Of a DNA stretch of 64,000 nucleotides, positions 52,606-64,000 are shown in pieces. This DNA comes from Camelus dromedarius (lineage: Eukaryota). The notes beneath the pieces are model-generated. The model was not told the origin of the DNA and made no database searches. It was given only the letters and a program-made list of their open reading frames with translations. How positions within the stretch are numbered: the stretch's first letter is position 1; each line of letters starts with the position of its first letter. A program made the translations under genes and the position numbers. The DNA lies in contig NC_087437.1 in NCBI RefSeq assembly GCF_036321535.1, positions 85,314,001 to 85,378,000 of the forward strand, written 5' to 3'.

Positions 52606-55081
52606 GTTAAATGCCAAACCCTTTTGCAAGTCCCAGTAGTAAATAAATAAATGTTAGGGAATGTAACTTCATTTGAATAGGATAAACATAGCAAAAAATG
52701 CCAACAAACTCACTCATCAGTTGTTCTGTAAAACACAAGGAGGTATGAGAGAACTTGAAGCCTTTAAAGTTAGCTAAGGAAGAATGCTGGCTGTTCCTCA
52801 AGGATCAACTGAATGATGAATGTGCAGATATCTATATGCAACCACATCCCAAATGCTGATATATGTCAACAAACAAGTAAAACAGATGTTATCCAAGTTG
52901 CCTATGGAGCCAGGAACAGATGGGCATGAGAGCAAAAACGCACCTGAGCTATGATCTCACAGAGTGGATTCCCATTGACCAAACCTATTTTATAGTAGGA
53001 CAAAGATTATGCGGGAAAAAAAAATAAGAAAAACACAGTTTGGAGCTGACAAAGCTGTTTAGCTGTGGTGAAAAAGAACTAATGTATTGTGCAAAGTCTA
53101 CACTGAAGGACATGTAAAAAATACACACAGGGCTATAAGTGAAATCAACATTAAGTATGTGTAAGCTAATGAATAAGTAATAATCTATTGTTCATTATAA
53201 AATATATTTTGCTAATACACATCTGAGTATAAAGAAGCAGTTATAATTACCCGAACTCCTGTCTATTCCATATCTGTCTCAATCTATTTAATGCCTCCTA
53301 GCTGATACATGCTTTTTAAAAAGCATTTGACATGTCACATCTCTTCATAAAATCCAAAAGGAATGAAAATTAGGCATATACAGATATACAGATAATTTTT
53401 CTCAGAAACAAACCTAGCAGAATACACTTAAAACACACAGTATTATTAATTTTGAGCATTTTCATACATTAATACAAATAAATTAGTAGCCAAAGGGAGA
53501 AAACAGCATTATTCCACCTGTCCTGTTCATCTTTGATGTCATCGACTGCCCTTGGTCAGTCTTCCATTTCACCTACTGTTTCATGTGTCCACAGTCCTGT
53601 AGTCTGAGACCATCTCTACACACTCAGTTATATTCCTAGTAAGCCACCTTCTATTCTCAGGCTGGCACAAGTCAAAGAACTGTCTTTGAGTCCTTGGTGG
53701 GCCATCTCCCAGCACTGGTGCTTCTTCTTTATCTGGAACTACAGGATTGAAGAGTTGTTCTCCAGCTAAATTAGCTGAACGCTATCCACCTGAGTTCTAC
53801 AGAAAGCCTACAAAGAACAATTCCTTCACTTTTCACATATACTCGGCACCGTGCCCCCACTTAAGGAATCAATTCTCCAAGGTCATCATCAGCCATGCCT
53901 ATTTCTCTAATGCCCTAAAAGTGCCCTGTAGTGACATTTCTGACACTTTCCTGTCCTCATGACTTCAAATACACAGTCTTCTCTGGAGAATAGGACCTGT
54001 CACCAGCAAACTCCATATATCCTCATTCTGCCTCCTCAGTATTAGAGTTATTTTCTTGCTCTACTGGCAACTTGAGGGTCTACTTCTAATATGGACAAGT
54101 CATATCCTGCTCAACTTTCAACTCCTGCCTTTCACAAGATAGCAACTAAAAGTCTGAACAAATACAAGAAAATTAGTGACTTAGATGCACTAAAGACAAC
54201 AACAACAAAACAAAAAAAAAACAGGGAGGAAAGTTCTGGGGAGAAAGGAATAGTACAGAGTGAGTTATTTATTTTTAAATCTTTAACCTGGAGATAGGAT
54301 GAAATCAGAGCCACCAGTACATCTAAATCTGATAGAAAACCTGAAGTCTTTGGTCCAAATGAACAAGGGGACTAACTTGGAAACAAACACACTTCCTAGA
54401 ATTGAGGAGGGAATCAGAAAGGAGATGTGTGAGGTTGAGGAGCTCCAGATTCTATCTGAAAACTCTTCATGATTCTCTGGATGATGTTGGAACCATGTAC
54501 TCAAAAGTCAGGCTGAGACTTGATGAATTAATCTGAGGAAACAGTGAGTAAAAAGGAAACACATTCAGCTACAAATGATAGTTGAGACTGAGAAATATAT
54601 GTCTAAATGATTCAAGTACAACTTTTTCTCAAACGTATCATCAGTGTGTAAGCAATTTAAAATGTGCACATACTTATTTTCTGTTCTTCATATATGAGTG
54701 TAATGCTAATTATTAATAAGTTTTCAATTATTTTCTGTTTACATAGTATATTTGCAAGTAACTTTTATAATTTTAGTCCCTTAATTATAAACCTAATAAT
54801 ATGTTCAAAGTATGGTTCTATACATTTAGAAATCACAAAAAGCACTAAATTTCCACAAGATGCAAACATCTATAGAAAAATTATGATAAATATTTGAAAA
54901 AATTGGCAATCAATAGTTAAACAGCCATAAAAGGAAAAAGAAACAGAAAATTTTAAATGCCATTATGCACAGTTGTAAAAATAAATAAAATTGAAAACAT
55001 TCCAAATATAAGGGATATGGGAGAAACATATACATGTATAATTGAGATCAGTACAGTTAATTGTATGTTAATGATCTGTCT

Positions 55082-55680
55082 TGTTGAAGGAGGATTAATA
55101 AAATGGCCGAATTTAGGCTAACAGATTGCTTATTCTATGCTTGCCCTTAGAACAGTCAACTGACCTGAGTGACTGGTTGCTACACACAGCTCCAGGCCCA
55201 TTGTTAAAATAAAGACATTAATTTTACTATTTCGACTTTACTCCAGTAATCGAAAGTAACAATCATGCTTGGTTTCTAAGTCGTTCTCCAGGAAGAAGGT
55301 CACAGAACTGCAACCTTACAAAATAGCCTGAACTACCAAGAAAACCACACCTTGGGCTCTTCTAAAATAAAGAGCTCAAAAGAACAACAACCATTAGCCC
55401 TACAGACTTGGTCACCTGGAGACACCATGACGCCACTCTGAGTCTTATTAGAAGAAAATGATTTTGTTGATTGTTACTGATGCTTTATTGTTTGAGCTAT
55501 GGCTATATAATCACCCTGCCCCATCCCCAAGGTGGGATCACAGTTTTGAAGGCACCAGCCTGCTGGGAGTCCCCTTCTCCGTCAAAGCAATAAAGTTGTC
55601 TCTTTTTTTCTAAGCTCTAAGACCCTGTCTCTGAGTTTCAATTTGACTCATTCGGGATGGGCGCCGATCTTTCGGCAACA
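55082..55680 (+). mobile_element. Well-preserved ERV solo LTR (about 600 bp, probably ERV1 class)
   Basis: Inverted termini tgttg...caaca, TATA-like ctatataa near 55503, aataaa near 55589, CpGs retained in U5, and imperfect flanking repeat ctgtct/ttatct. Confidence 0.85.
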
Positions 55681-56152
55681 TTATCTTCCTGAACTATCTT
55701 GATATAATGTTAGGCAAGCTAACAATGCAAGTAATTCAATACTTCTGTAGGTAAAGCTGTAATTATACAAGGAGAGATGGGATGCACATAAAACATAAAA
55801 GCTACACACATACATAAATTATGGATATATACACCTATGTATTTACATATTTCTAGCGTTTCAAAAACTTGTTAAAAGCTAAAACAAGTGTTCCTTTTTA
55901 CTTCTAGCTTCTAATTATTTAGTCCATACTGTAGGCTTTGTAAATACTATATTTGCTTAGGATAAAGTTTGGTATTTCCCTCAAAGAATTGGTATTAATC
56001 TAAAAATTCACTGACAGGACTCCAACTTAACTTTCACAATAAAGATTCTTATGTCTACTGTGATAAAACTTGTTAATGAATATCTACAAACTGATATCCA
56101 CTTAAAATTTTTTACTTCATCTGGTATACATTACAGAAGCTATTGCCTATTA

Positions 56153-56262
56153 AAGAGAGGAAGAAATGAAGAAAAAAGGAAGGAAGGACAAAAAGAAGGA
56201 AGGAAGAGTGAAAGGAGATAAGCAAAGAGAGAGGGAGGGAGGGAAAGGAAGGAGTGAAGAAG
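56153..56262. repeat. Polypurine (GA-rich) low-complexity tract
   Basis: Direct reading: gaag/ggaa/ggga units. Confidence 0.8.
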
Positions 56263-58644
56263 ACTGAATATTGATTGGTATTTCAGTGTATATGTACACA
56301 ATATTTTTTTATATGGACGAATGTTCAAATATGATTTATTCCTCTTTGATTTCGGTTAAGGCTGATCTACTTGCCAAAACATAATATCCTGTAAGTTAAA
56401 AGGTCATTTGCCTTTTCTTTAAATTTTAAGCTAGAATTTATAGTAGATACAGAGTTAAGCCAGGAATGCCACTCAAATGGCAAGCTGGTTAATCATCATT
56501 TGTTTCTTTTGATTTCACAATTAATTTGAATGGCTGAGAAAGCAATGTATTGTTTTCATCAGCCAGGTTTGAGCTGGAAAGAGATTATAAGTGTCCCTAC
56601 CCTGTGAAGCAGCATTAAATTTGGATTCCTAAGGTTTGCAATGAGCTGAATACAAGTTAAGCTGAAGTTGAATACAATTTAAATGACAGTTGAAAGTGTG
56701 AGCTACAAGTAGCATGTTGCCTAAATAAATCAGTAAACTTATAATCAGACACCACTTGCACTTTTCAAAGGCCAAGTATCCTTACTTCACAATTGGTATG
56801 ATTTTCCTCTCCAGTAAAATTTTACAATTTTTTTCAAGTGCAGATTTGTAATAGCACTTAGAAAGACAATGTTCAAGGCAATTTTTCACCATATAATCTT
56901 CTTGATTGAGGGTTACCTTTAGCTCTTTCAAACTCTTCATCTTGAGAGATTTAGTCATTAGGAAGGTGTTGAAAACTTTTAAAATTTAATTTGTCAAGAT
57001 AACATACTGATGATTTTTCATCCTACGACATCCACCTTAATTTTAGCAATTTGACAGAAAATTCACCCTCAATATAGGCAATCTGATTTTATCAAGGGCT
57101 TGGAAGCGTATTGGTTTAAACCACTCTGCCTCCAGCTATAAAACAGAGCTAGATGAATGTTGAAGAAAACTGACAACTGAGCATGTAGTATCTGTCAGCT
57201 ATTTTGCTGAGGATTTTTCATATGATGTTTTATTTAATTCCTTCCATGATATGTCATTACCCACTCACCTCCACTGTTTTATTAGCAGAAATTGGCATTT
57301 TTAAACCTACATCTGCCCAATTTCAAAGTTCAAATACTTTATACCGAACTAAGCTACCTCCAAAGGGAGGATGTTAGAATTTCTTTTGTTTCTATTTGTC
57401 TTAGCATAAACTCCTTTTTTATGTTGAAAATACTATATTTCAACAAATAAGTTATACCAATTTAATATCACTGAAATGAAACATGCAGAATATATGAAAC
57501 AATCGTGACCAACACTGTGCCATTTCATAGAATTTATTATGTATTATAAAAGCAAAACTTTTATAACAAAAAATGAAGCAAGCCATTTAGATTTTAACAG
57601 TACCTTAAAGACTCCAAAAGAGTTATGTATCTTTCTGTTCTGTTATTTAATTTGGCACATTCCAATTGAAATTCTTACTACTCTAAATTATATATAGGTA
57701 AAGGATTTATATACTGTTAACAAATTCAGAATTCCTGATTGTTAGAGGCCTAAGTACTAAATAAACAAGTAGAAATATATGTAAATCATCATTAAAAGTA
57801 ATGGATAGTTCAAGGTCTGGCTTCTCTTAAATAAAATCTTTTTCTAGGTTAAATTAGACACTGTGCCTTCAATGAGGTTGGCATAAATGAACACCTCTAG
57901 AAATTCAATTTATTAAATGTCATTGATGTTTGAAACTTCATCATTTATTTCAAGAACACTATGGTAATTAAACAAGATTTCTAAATTTATTTCTCAACTG
58001 TACTTAAGCTTTCAATAAAGATCATTCATCCATTCAACCAATCCAGGTCTGACCTTGAGCTGGAAACTGTTGTAAGGAATGTATATTCAATAGATTCTAG
58101 GTCAGTATAGTAAGTGGGAAACAAAGCAGTTAATGAGAAAAATCAAATCAAGTACCATAACCTGTGAAGATTTCATTGAAAATTAAAAAAAAAAAAGGCA
58201 AAGAACCATAGATGTATCTCAGAAGCAAGGTTTTAACTTCTATGTTAAACAGCTCTCAATCATTTTAAATGTTCTCATAAATTTTGTTTGATATTTTATA
58301 TTATCATATATTGTGTATCTTGATTGACAGTGCTTTTGCTGTTTTATTTCAGTTGTCCTTAAGATTATCAGAGACACTATTAGATTTTGAGGTAAGAATT
58401 AAAAGCAAAATCAGATAGTCTAGATTTGTATCTATCTCATAAGGAGATACTTGATTATTCTTGTTGGGAATCCAGTGCTTTTAATAGATGATTTATTAAT
58501 TAATCATCATTAATTAATGATTAATTGATTATTAATTTGGTGGGGTCCAACACTTTCAACAGAAATAATGAAAATATTTGGAATCAATTAAAGCAAAGAA
58601 GCTACTGTATTTTCAGATTCAACAAGTCATTAAATATCTACAGC

Positions 58645-58890
58645 AACAACAGTTGCCATTTATTATGCATATGACATGGTTCTGTGTGTCCGGAACACTA
58701 CTAGGATCCTTATTATAAGCATACACGCACACACACAAACATACGAGGTATCAGAAAATATCATAGCAACACTGGAAGTTAGACACTATTATTTCTATTT
58801 CAGTGACTGCAATATTGATATTTGGAAAGATTAAGTAATCTACCTAAGATAACAGCTCTAAAGAGGTTGAGCTAAATTTGAACTTAAGTT
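58645..58890 (-). mobile_element. MIR SINE remnant
   Basis: catttatt...atagcaacactggaagttag...attatttctattt...gattaagtaatctacctaagataacagct...atttgaact. Confidence 0.6.
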
Positions 58891-58994
58891 TTGAGGGAAA
58901 AAAATCCACTTTTTTTCCCCTACAATTTGGCAATGTTCCTCTTTTTTTAACCTTCTAATTTATGGCATAAACAGAATTTGAATTTATGTTTTAT

Positions 58995-59680
58995 CTCTCA
59001 ATTTATATTTCTATCCCTGACCTATTCCTTTGGCTCCAAATTCATACATTTGAGAACTCCACATTCAAAATTTCCATTTGGTAGCTAATAGGAATCACAG
59101 ACTTACTATATCCAAATTCAATCTCATTCCAAGTTTTCTCTGTCTCCACCTCATATTTACCTCTTACCCTGGTATTCCCCATCTAAATATCAGCTCTGTT
59201 CTTCTAGTTGCTCAGGCCAAAGTCCTTGAAATCATCCTTTAATTCCCTCTGTTATAACTCATATCAATTCTAGAATCAAACACTTTTTAAAGCCCTTGTA
59301 AAAATATGAATTGACTCTGACAACTACCCTTTACTTCTATCATTGAACTAGAGAAAGCCACTATGATCTTCAACCAGGACACTGCAAGAGCCCTTGACTT
59401 ATCTCCCTGCTATGCTACCCTCAGTCAGATCTCTACTTAGAGTCTACAGGGATCCTACCTCTGGCCATCATCTGTCCTCATTTGTTGCAAATGTCCTTAT
59501 CATTCACTCTGTTCTTTCTTCACTGGTCACATGGCTTCCCTTGTTAACAACAGCAAATACGGTCATGCCTCATGGCCTTTATATTTTATCTTCTGTTTTT
59601 CTAGAGCACTTATCTCCCTGATACATACATGGCTAACCCTTACTTATTTCTGAACTCTTTTGAAAAATCACTCTTTTATA
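58995..59680 (+). mobile_element. LINE-2 remnant
   Basis: ttcttctagttgctcaggccaaagtccttgaaatcatcctt and gcctcatggcctttat...ttctagagcacttatctccctgatacatacatggct are L2-type motifs. Confidence 0.75.
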
Positions 59681-59984
59681 AAAATTGCATCATTCTATAG
59701 AAAATATATTGAATGCATGGATTATGAATTATCTGAAACAAAAGATCATGATTATCTTTTGACTTCTACTGCCATGGAAGATTAGGCCAATTTTACTTGC
59801 AAGACTTTTCTTTAGAAATACCTCCTATAACAAGCACTACTTTGACTGATAGAGGGTAAGAATGAGACGTCTGGTAGATATACTCCATGTCACTGGAGGA
59901 GGAGTTAGAAGGATCCTAAAGCTTTCAATATTTACAGGAAATATTCTTGAATAAATATGTCAGTTGAAAATAATTTCTGAGAGA

Positions 59985-61160
59985 CGGAGAAGATGGCGGA
60001 GTAGAAGGACGCTCGCAAGTCACCCTCTCCCACAAATACACCAAGACCCACATCTACAGACCCACTCAGCCAACCAGAGCACCTGTGGAACTCCGACAGA
60101 ACATCGCCCTCTTCAAAAGATAAAGACGCCAAAAATCTGGTAGGAGAAAAGGAAAAAGGAAAGAACAAAAGGCAAAGCAGCGCGGGACCGGTCCCGCGGG
60201 GAGGGAGCGGCAAAGGAGGACTGGCGCTCGCTCGCTGGGTCTCCCCTCTCCAACTGAGAGGCCAGCAGGACGGAGGGGGAGCCTCCCAGGCTCGGATCTG
60301 TACAGAGCAGCCCTTGACTAACAGAACTAAGTTAAACGGGCACAGAGCGTCCCCCCGACACCCAGCCTGAGACGCCGGCGGGCAGCGGCGGGCAGCGGCG
60401 GGCAGGGCCAGGCTGCACAAGCCGGGCGGACTACGGAAGTGGCTGCACGTAGGCAGCCCCGGGGGAACACAAGGGGCTGCGCGCCGTGGCTGTGGGTGCA
60501 CAGGGCAGAACAACCAGGGCCCTCCATAAAACAGTAAGGTTGATGTGCTCTTGGGGGAAGGGTGCACACCCCCATCTCTGAAAACCCGCGGAAAGTTTTC
60601 GGGGGAAGAGAGGCGGGGCTCAGACACAGCCGCCATATCCTCCGGGCTGAGCACCCAGGCAGGGGCGGGAGGGAAACCTGCATCAGCACCGAAGGGCTTA
60701 GCAGCCTCAAAGGCCAGACTGAGACTGGCCTGCAGCCTGGGGCAGATAGGATCCTTCCATCCTGGTCCCTCAGAGAACTTGCTCCACAAAGACAAACAAG
60801 GAGCTGGGTTTTGGCTCGGAGCAGGGACAGGGCTGTCCCTCGGTCTTCCCCGAGCCCACCCGCGGAGCGACGACCGGGGCGGAGCGCGCAGCTGCACAGA
60901 GCAGCGGAGCTACCAGCGGCGGCGCAGGTAGAGCGAGAGCGCCCCCCGCCTTTAGGGCAGGAACACAGCCCCTGACCGAGGTGCTGGGAGGGGGCACGAC
61001 CTGCCCTCCTACCTGACCAGTCTGCAACATCTGACTGTGGCATCCGGAGGGGCAGCGACCCGCCCGCCCACAGCAGAGAGGGGCACCTGACCCAGTGTTA
61101 GGAGGAGGCGCGATCTGCTTGCCGACAGGTGCTGGGAGCAGCACAGAAGAGGGCGCCAAC
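59985..61160 (+). promoter_or_regulatory. L1 5'UTR internal promoter / CpG island with YY1-type motif aagatggcg at 59990-59998
   Basis: The only extended CpG-dense region in the window. The motif sits at the extreme 5' end, as established for mammalian L1 promoters. Confidence 0.85.
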
Positions 61161-61671
61161 GGAGGGCCTCTGAAAACAGCAAGCTGAGCTTCCAAAACAG
61201 GACGAAGACAGGAAGACTTCACATTAAAAGCACACAGACTCCAGGAGAACACCGACAAACCACCCCCCCCCCTTTTTTTTTAAATCTGTTTTTACCTGTT
61301 CTATTTTCTATTACTCTCTTAATCTTTACTTCTTAATTCATTTCTATTTCTCTTGGGTTTTGATGTCCTGCTATTGATTAGACACAGGTTTCAAATACAT
61401 CTATTCATCTCCCCCCCCCCCTTTTTTGTAAAGGTTTTAAAAGGACGTCTCAACCCGATTAATACTCTGCTTCAACTCACTCTTCTATTATTCATTATAC
61501 ACTGTTTTCAAACCCTCTTTCTCCCTTCTTTTAAAATTCTTTCTCTCTCTCTTTTTTTTCTTTTTTTCCTAAGTTCTATTCCTAAATAGGCATCAGATAG
61601 ATAAAATCCTTAAGGACCAAAATAAACAACTGATACTCCATAAACCACAGTGCCAAAGAGGTATAAGCAAG

Positions 61672-62560
61672 ATGAAGAAGCAGAAAAACCTTTCCCAATT
61701 AAAAGAACAAGAGAAATCCCCTGAAAGAAAGATCAACGAAATAGACATCGATAGCCTACTAGATCAAGATTTCAAAAAAGGAGTGATCGAATTGCTGAAG
61801 GAATTAAAAGAGATAGTGTTTAGAGATATAAAATATGTCAAAAATGAAATTGAAGCTATAAAGAAGAGCCAAGTAGAATGGGTAAACTCATCGACAGAGA
61901 TGAGGAATGATCTAATAGCTGTGCAAAGCCGACTAGATAATGCAGAGGAACGAATTAGTGATCTAGAAGACAGGGCAATAGAAAGCACCCATTCAGAAGA
62001 ACTACAAGAGAAGCAAATAAAAAATAATGAAAATAGCATAGGGGACCTATGGGATAATATAAAGCGTCCCAATCTTCGCATAATAGGGGTCCCAGAAGGA
62101 GAAGAAAGATCAAAGGGGATTGAAAAGGTTTTTGAAGAAATCATGACTGAAAACTTCCCAAACTTGGAATCAGATATCTGAGTACAGGAAGCTCAGAGGG
62201 TCCCAAACAGGAAGAACCCAAATAGACCCACACCAAGACATACCATAATCAAGATGGCCAGAGTCAAGGATAAAGAAATGATTCTAAAGGCAGCAAGAGA
62301 AAAGCAAAGAGTAAGTTACAAGGGAATCCCCATCAGGCTCTCAGCTGATTTCTCTACACAAACACTACAGGCCAGAAGGGAGTGGCAAGATATATTCAAA
62401 GCCCTGAATGAAAAAAAGATGCAGCCTAGGATCCTTTATCCAGCAAGGCTATCCTTGAGGATAGAAGGAGAAATAAAGAGTTTCACAGACAAAAAAAAAG
62501 CTGCAGGAGTTTAGCAACACTAAACCCATGCTAAAAGAAATATTGAAAGGGCTATTCTAA
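61672..62560 (+). pseudogene. L1 ORF1p, disabled by an in-frame TGA (62179-62181) and a +1 frameshift in an A run (62491-62499)
   Basis: Coiled-coil heptads and RPNLRIIGVPE. The same frame resumes after the TGA (VQEAQRVP...TPRH...ILKAAREK...ARREW...YPARLS), and after the A run the shifted frame reads LQEFSNTKPMLKEILKGLF-stop. Confidence 0.93.
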
Positions 62561-62964
62561 ATAGAAAAGCAGCAGGATGCTACAGAAATGAGAAACACAC
62601 AGCTGGAAAGGTGATAACTCATGAATTACAAATAAAGTAAACATGAAATTATAAAAGAAGACATACAAATCACTGAGAGTGGGAGAGGGAGGCAGGGAAA
62701 TATAGAATATTTTTTTCTTTCTTTTTTAAAATTTTTTAACAGTAGGATGGGTTTGAGATCATGTTACTATCAGTTTAATAAAAACAGTTCTAGTAATGGG
62801 TTGATAGATTTACAAAAAAGGGTAACCACAAGCCAAAAATTTACAAAGGAGTCACAAAAATTAAATAAAACCCATGATAATACAAAGGAAAATTACCAAA
62901 CCACAAAAGGAAGAAGAAAGGAACAAAGAGGATATACCAATTCAACTGCAAAGATAAGTTCAAA

Positions 62965-64000
62965 ATGGCAATAAACACACATCTATCATTAATTACTGTA
63001 AATGTTAATGGACTAAATGCTCCAGTCAAAAGACACAGAGTAGCAGACTGGATAATAAAGCAAGAACCTTCAATATGCTGCATACAAGAAACCCACTTTA
63101 GGGAGAAGGACACATATAGATTGAGAGTGAAAGGATGGAAAAGGATATCCCATGCAAATGGAAAAGCCAAAACAGCAGGTGTTGCAGTACTGATTTCAGA
63201 CAAAATAGACTTTAAAACAAAGGCCATAAAGAAAGATAAAGAAGGACATTTTATAATGATTAAAGGAGTGATACAAGATGAGGATATTACACTCGTTAAT
63301 ATATATGCACCCAATATAGGAGCACCTAAGTACATACAAGAATTACTAACAGAGATAAAGGGGGATATTGATGGGAATACAATCGTAGTTGGAGATTTTA
63401 ACACTGCATTAACATCACTAGACAGATCTTCCAGACAGAAAATAAACAAGGCAACAGAGAAATTAAATACTACAATAGAAAAACTAGATTTGGTGGATAT
63501 TTTCAGAGCATTACACCCCCAAAAAATAGGATATACATTCTTTTCAAGTGCACATGGAACATTCTCCAGGTTTGATCATGTACTTGGGCACAAAAGAAAC
63601 CTCAACAATTTTAAGAAGATAGAAGTTATCTCAAGCATCTTTACTGACCACAATGCCATGAAACTGGAAATCAACAACAGAGAAACAAAGGAGAAAAAAA
63701 GGAAAGCATGGAGATTAAACAATATGTTATTGAAAAAACAATGGATCAATGAGGAAATCAAAGCTGAAATTAAAAAATACCTTGAGACAAATGATAATGA
63801 AAGCACAACCACCCAAAACCTATGGGACACAGCAAAGGCAGTGCTAAGAGGGAAGTTTATAGTGATACAGGCCTTCCTCAAAAAAGAACAATCTCAAATA
63901 AACAATTTAACCCACCACCTGAATGAATTAGAAAAAGAAGAACAAAAAGCCCCAAAAAGCAGCAGAAGGAAGGACATAATAAAGATCAGAGAGGAATTAA
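62965..64000 (+). CDS. L1 ORF2p N-terminus (APE-type endonuclease plus linker), 345 codons open to the window edge
   Basis: My translation: MAINTHLSLITVNVNGLNAPVKRHR...CCIQETH...NIYAPN...VGDFNT...FSRFDH...FTDHNA...IREEL. It is absent from the ORF track, presumably because no stop is reached. Confidence 0.93.
   Translation, partial: MAINTHLSLITVNVNGLNAPVKRHRVADWIIKQEPSICCIQETHFREKDTYRLRVKGWKRISHANGKAKTAGVAVLISDKIDFKTKAIKKDKEGHFIMIKGVIQDEDITLVNIYAPNIGAPKYIQELLTEIKGDIDGNTIVVGDFNTALTSLDRSSRQKINKATEKLNTTIEKLDLVDIFRALHPQKIGYTFFSSAHGTFSRFDHVLGHKRNLNNFKKIEVISSIFTDHNAMKLEINNRETKEKKRKAWRLNNMLLKKQWINEEIKAEIKKYLETNDNESTTTQNLWDTAKAVLRGKFIVIQAFLKKEQSQINNLTHHLNELEKEEQKAPKSSRRKDIIKIREEL

Larger units (their letters stand above)
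59979..64000 (+). mobile_element. Young LINE-1 with intact 5' end (5'UTR, ORF1, spacer, ORF2 start), running off the window
   Basis: Abrupt AT-to-GC transition after gaaaataatttct, CpG-rich 5'UTR, and recognisable ORF1 and ORF2 in order. Confidence 0.98.

Noticed and set aside
53500..54560. Moderately GC-richer block with several 60-73 aa ORFs
   Set aside because: No motif, splice pattern or repeat family that I could support. Probably decayed repeat or neutral sequence.
1..64000. CRISPR arrays, operons or other prokaryote-type systems
   Set aside because: There are no regularly spaced repeats or dense coding sequence, and the content is typical mammalian repeat-rich DNA.

Overview
AT-rich mammalian genomic DNA dominated by interspersed repeats. 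It is most likely camelid (alpaca/llama/camel), judged by a tRNA-derived SINE resembling Vic-1 at 25493-25595. I cannot recognise any host protein-coding gene, and nearly all ORFs in the supplied track are LINE-1 remnants, their antisense shadows, or chance ORFs. The first 9.1 kb is a three-level nest of LINE-1 elements. Further truncated L1s, solo LTRs (LTR40-, MLT1-, MER34-like and one ERV1-like), Tigger/hAT DNA-transposon fossils, L2 and MIR are scattered through the rest. The last 4 kb is the 5' half of a young L1 with a CpG-island 5'UTR, an ORF1 disabled by one nonsense codon and one frameshift, and an ORF2 endonuclease frame open to the window edge. I found no convincing novel biological system. 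The best leads are internally deleted L1 copies, a templated-insertion scar, antisense and spacer ORFs in the young L1, a strong L1 strand bias and a weak chain of frame-compatible candidate exons at 9.9-13.1 kb. Repeat subfamily names come from my recollection of consensus sequences, not a database search, and the boundaries of old repeats are approximate.
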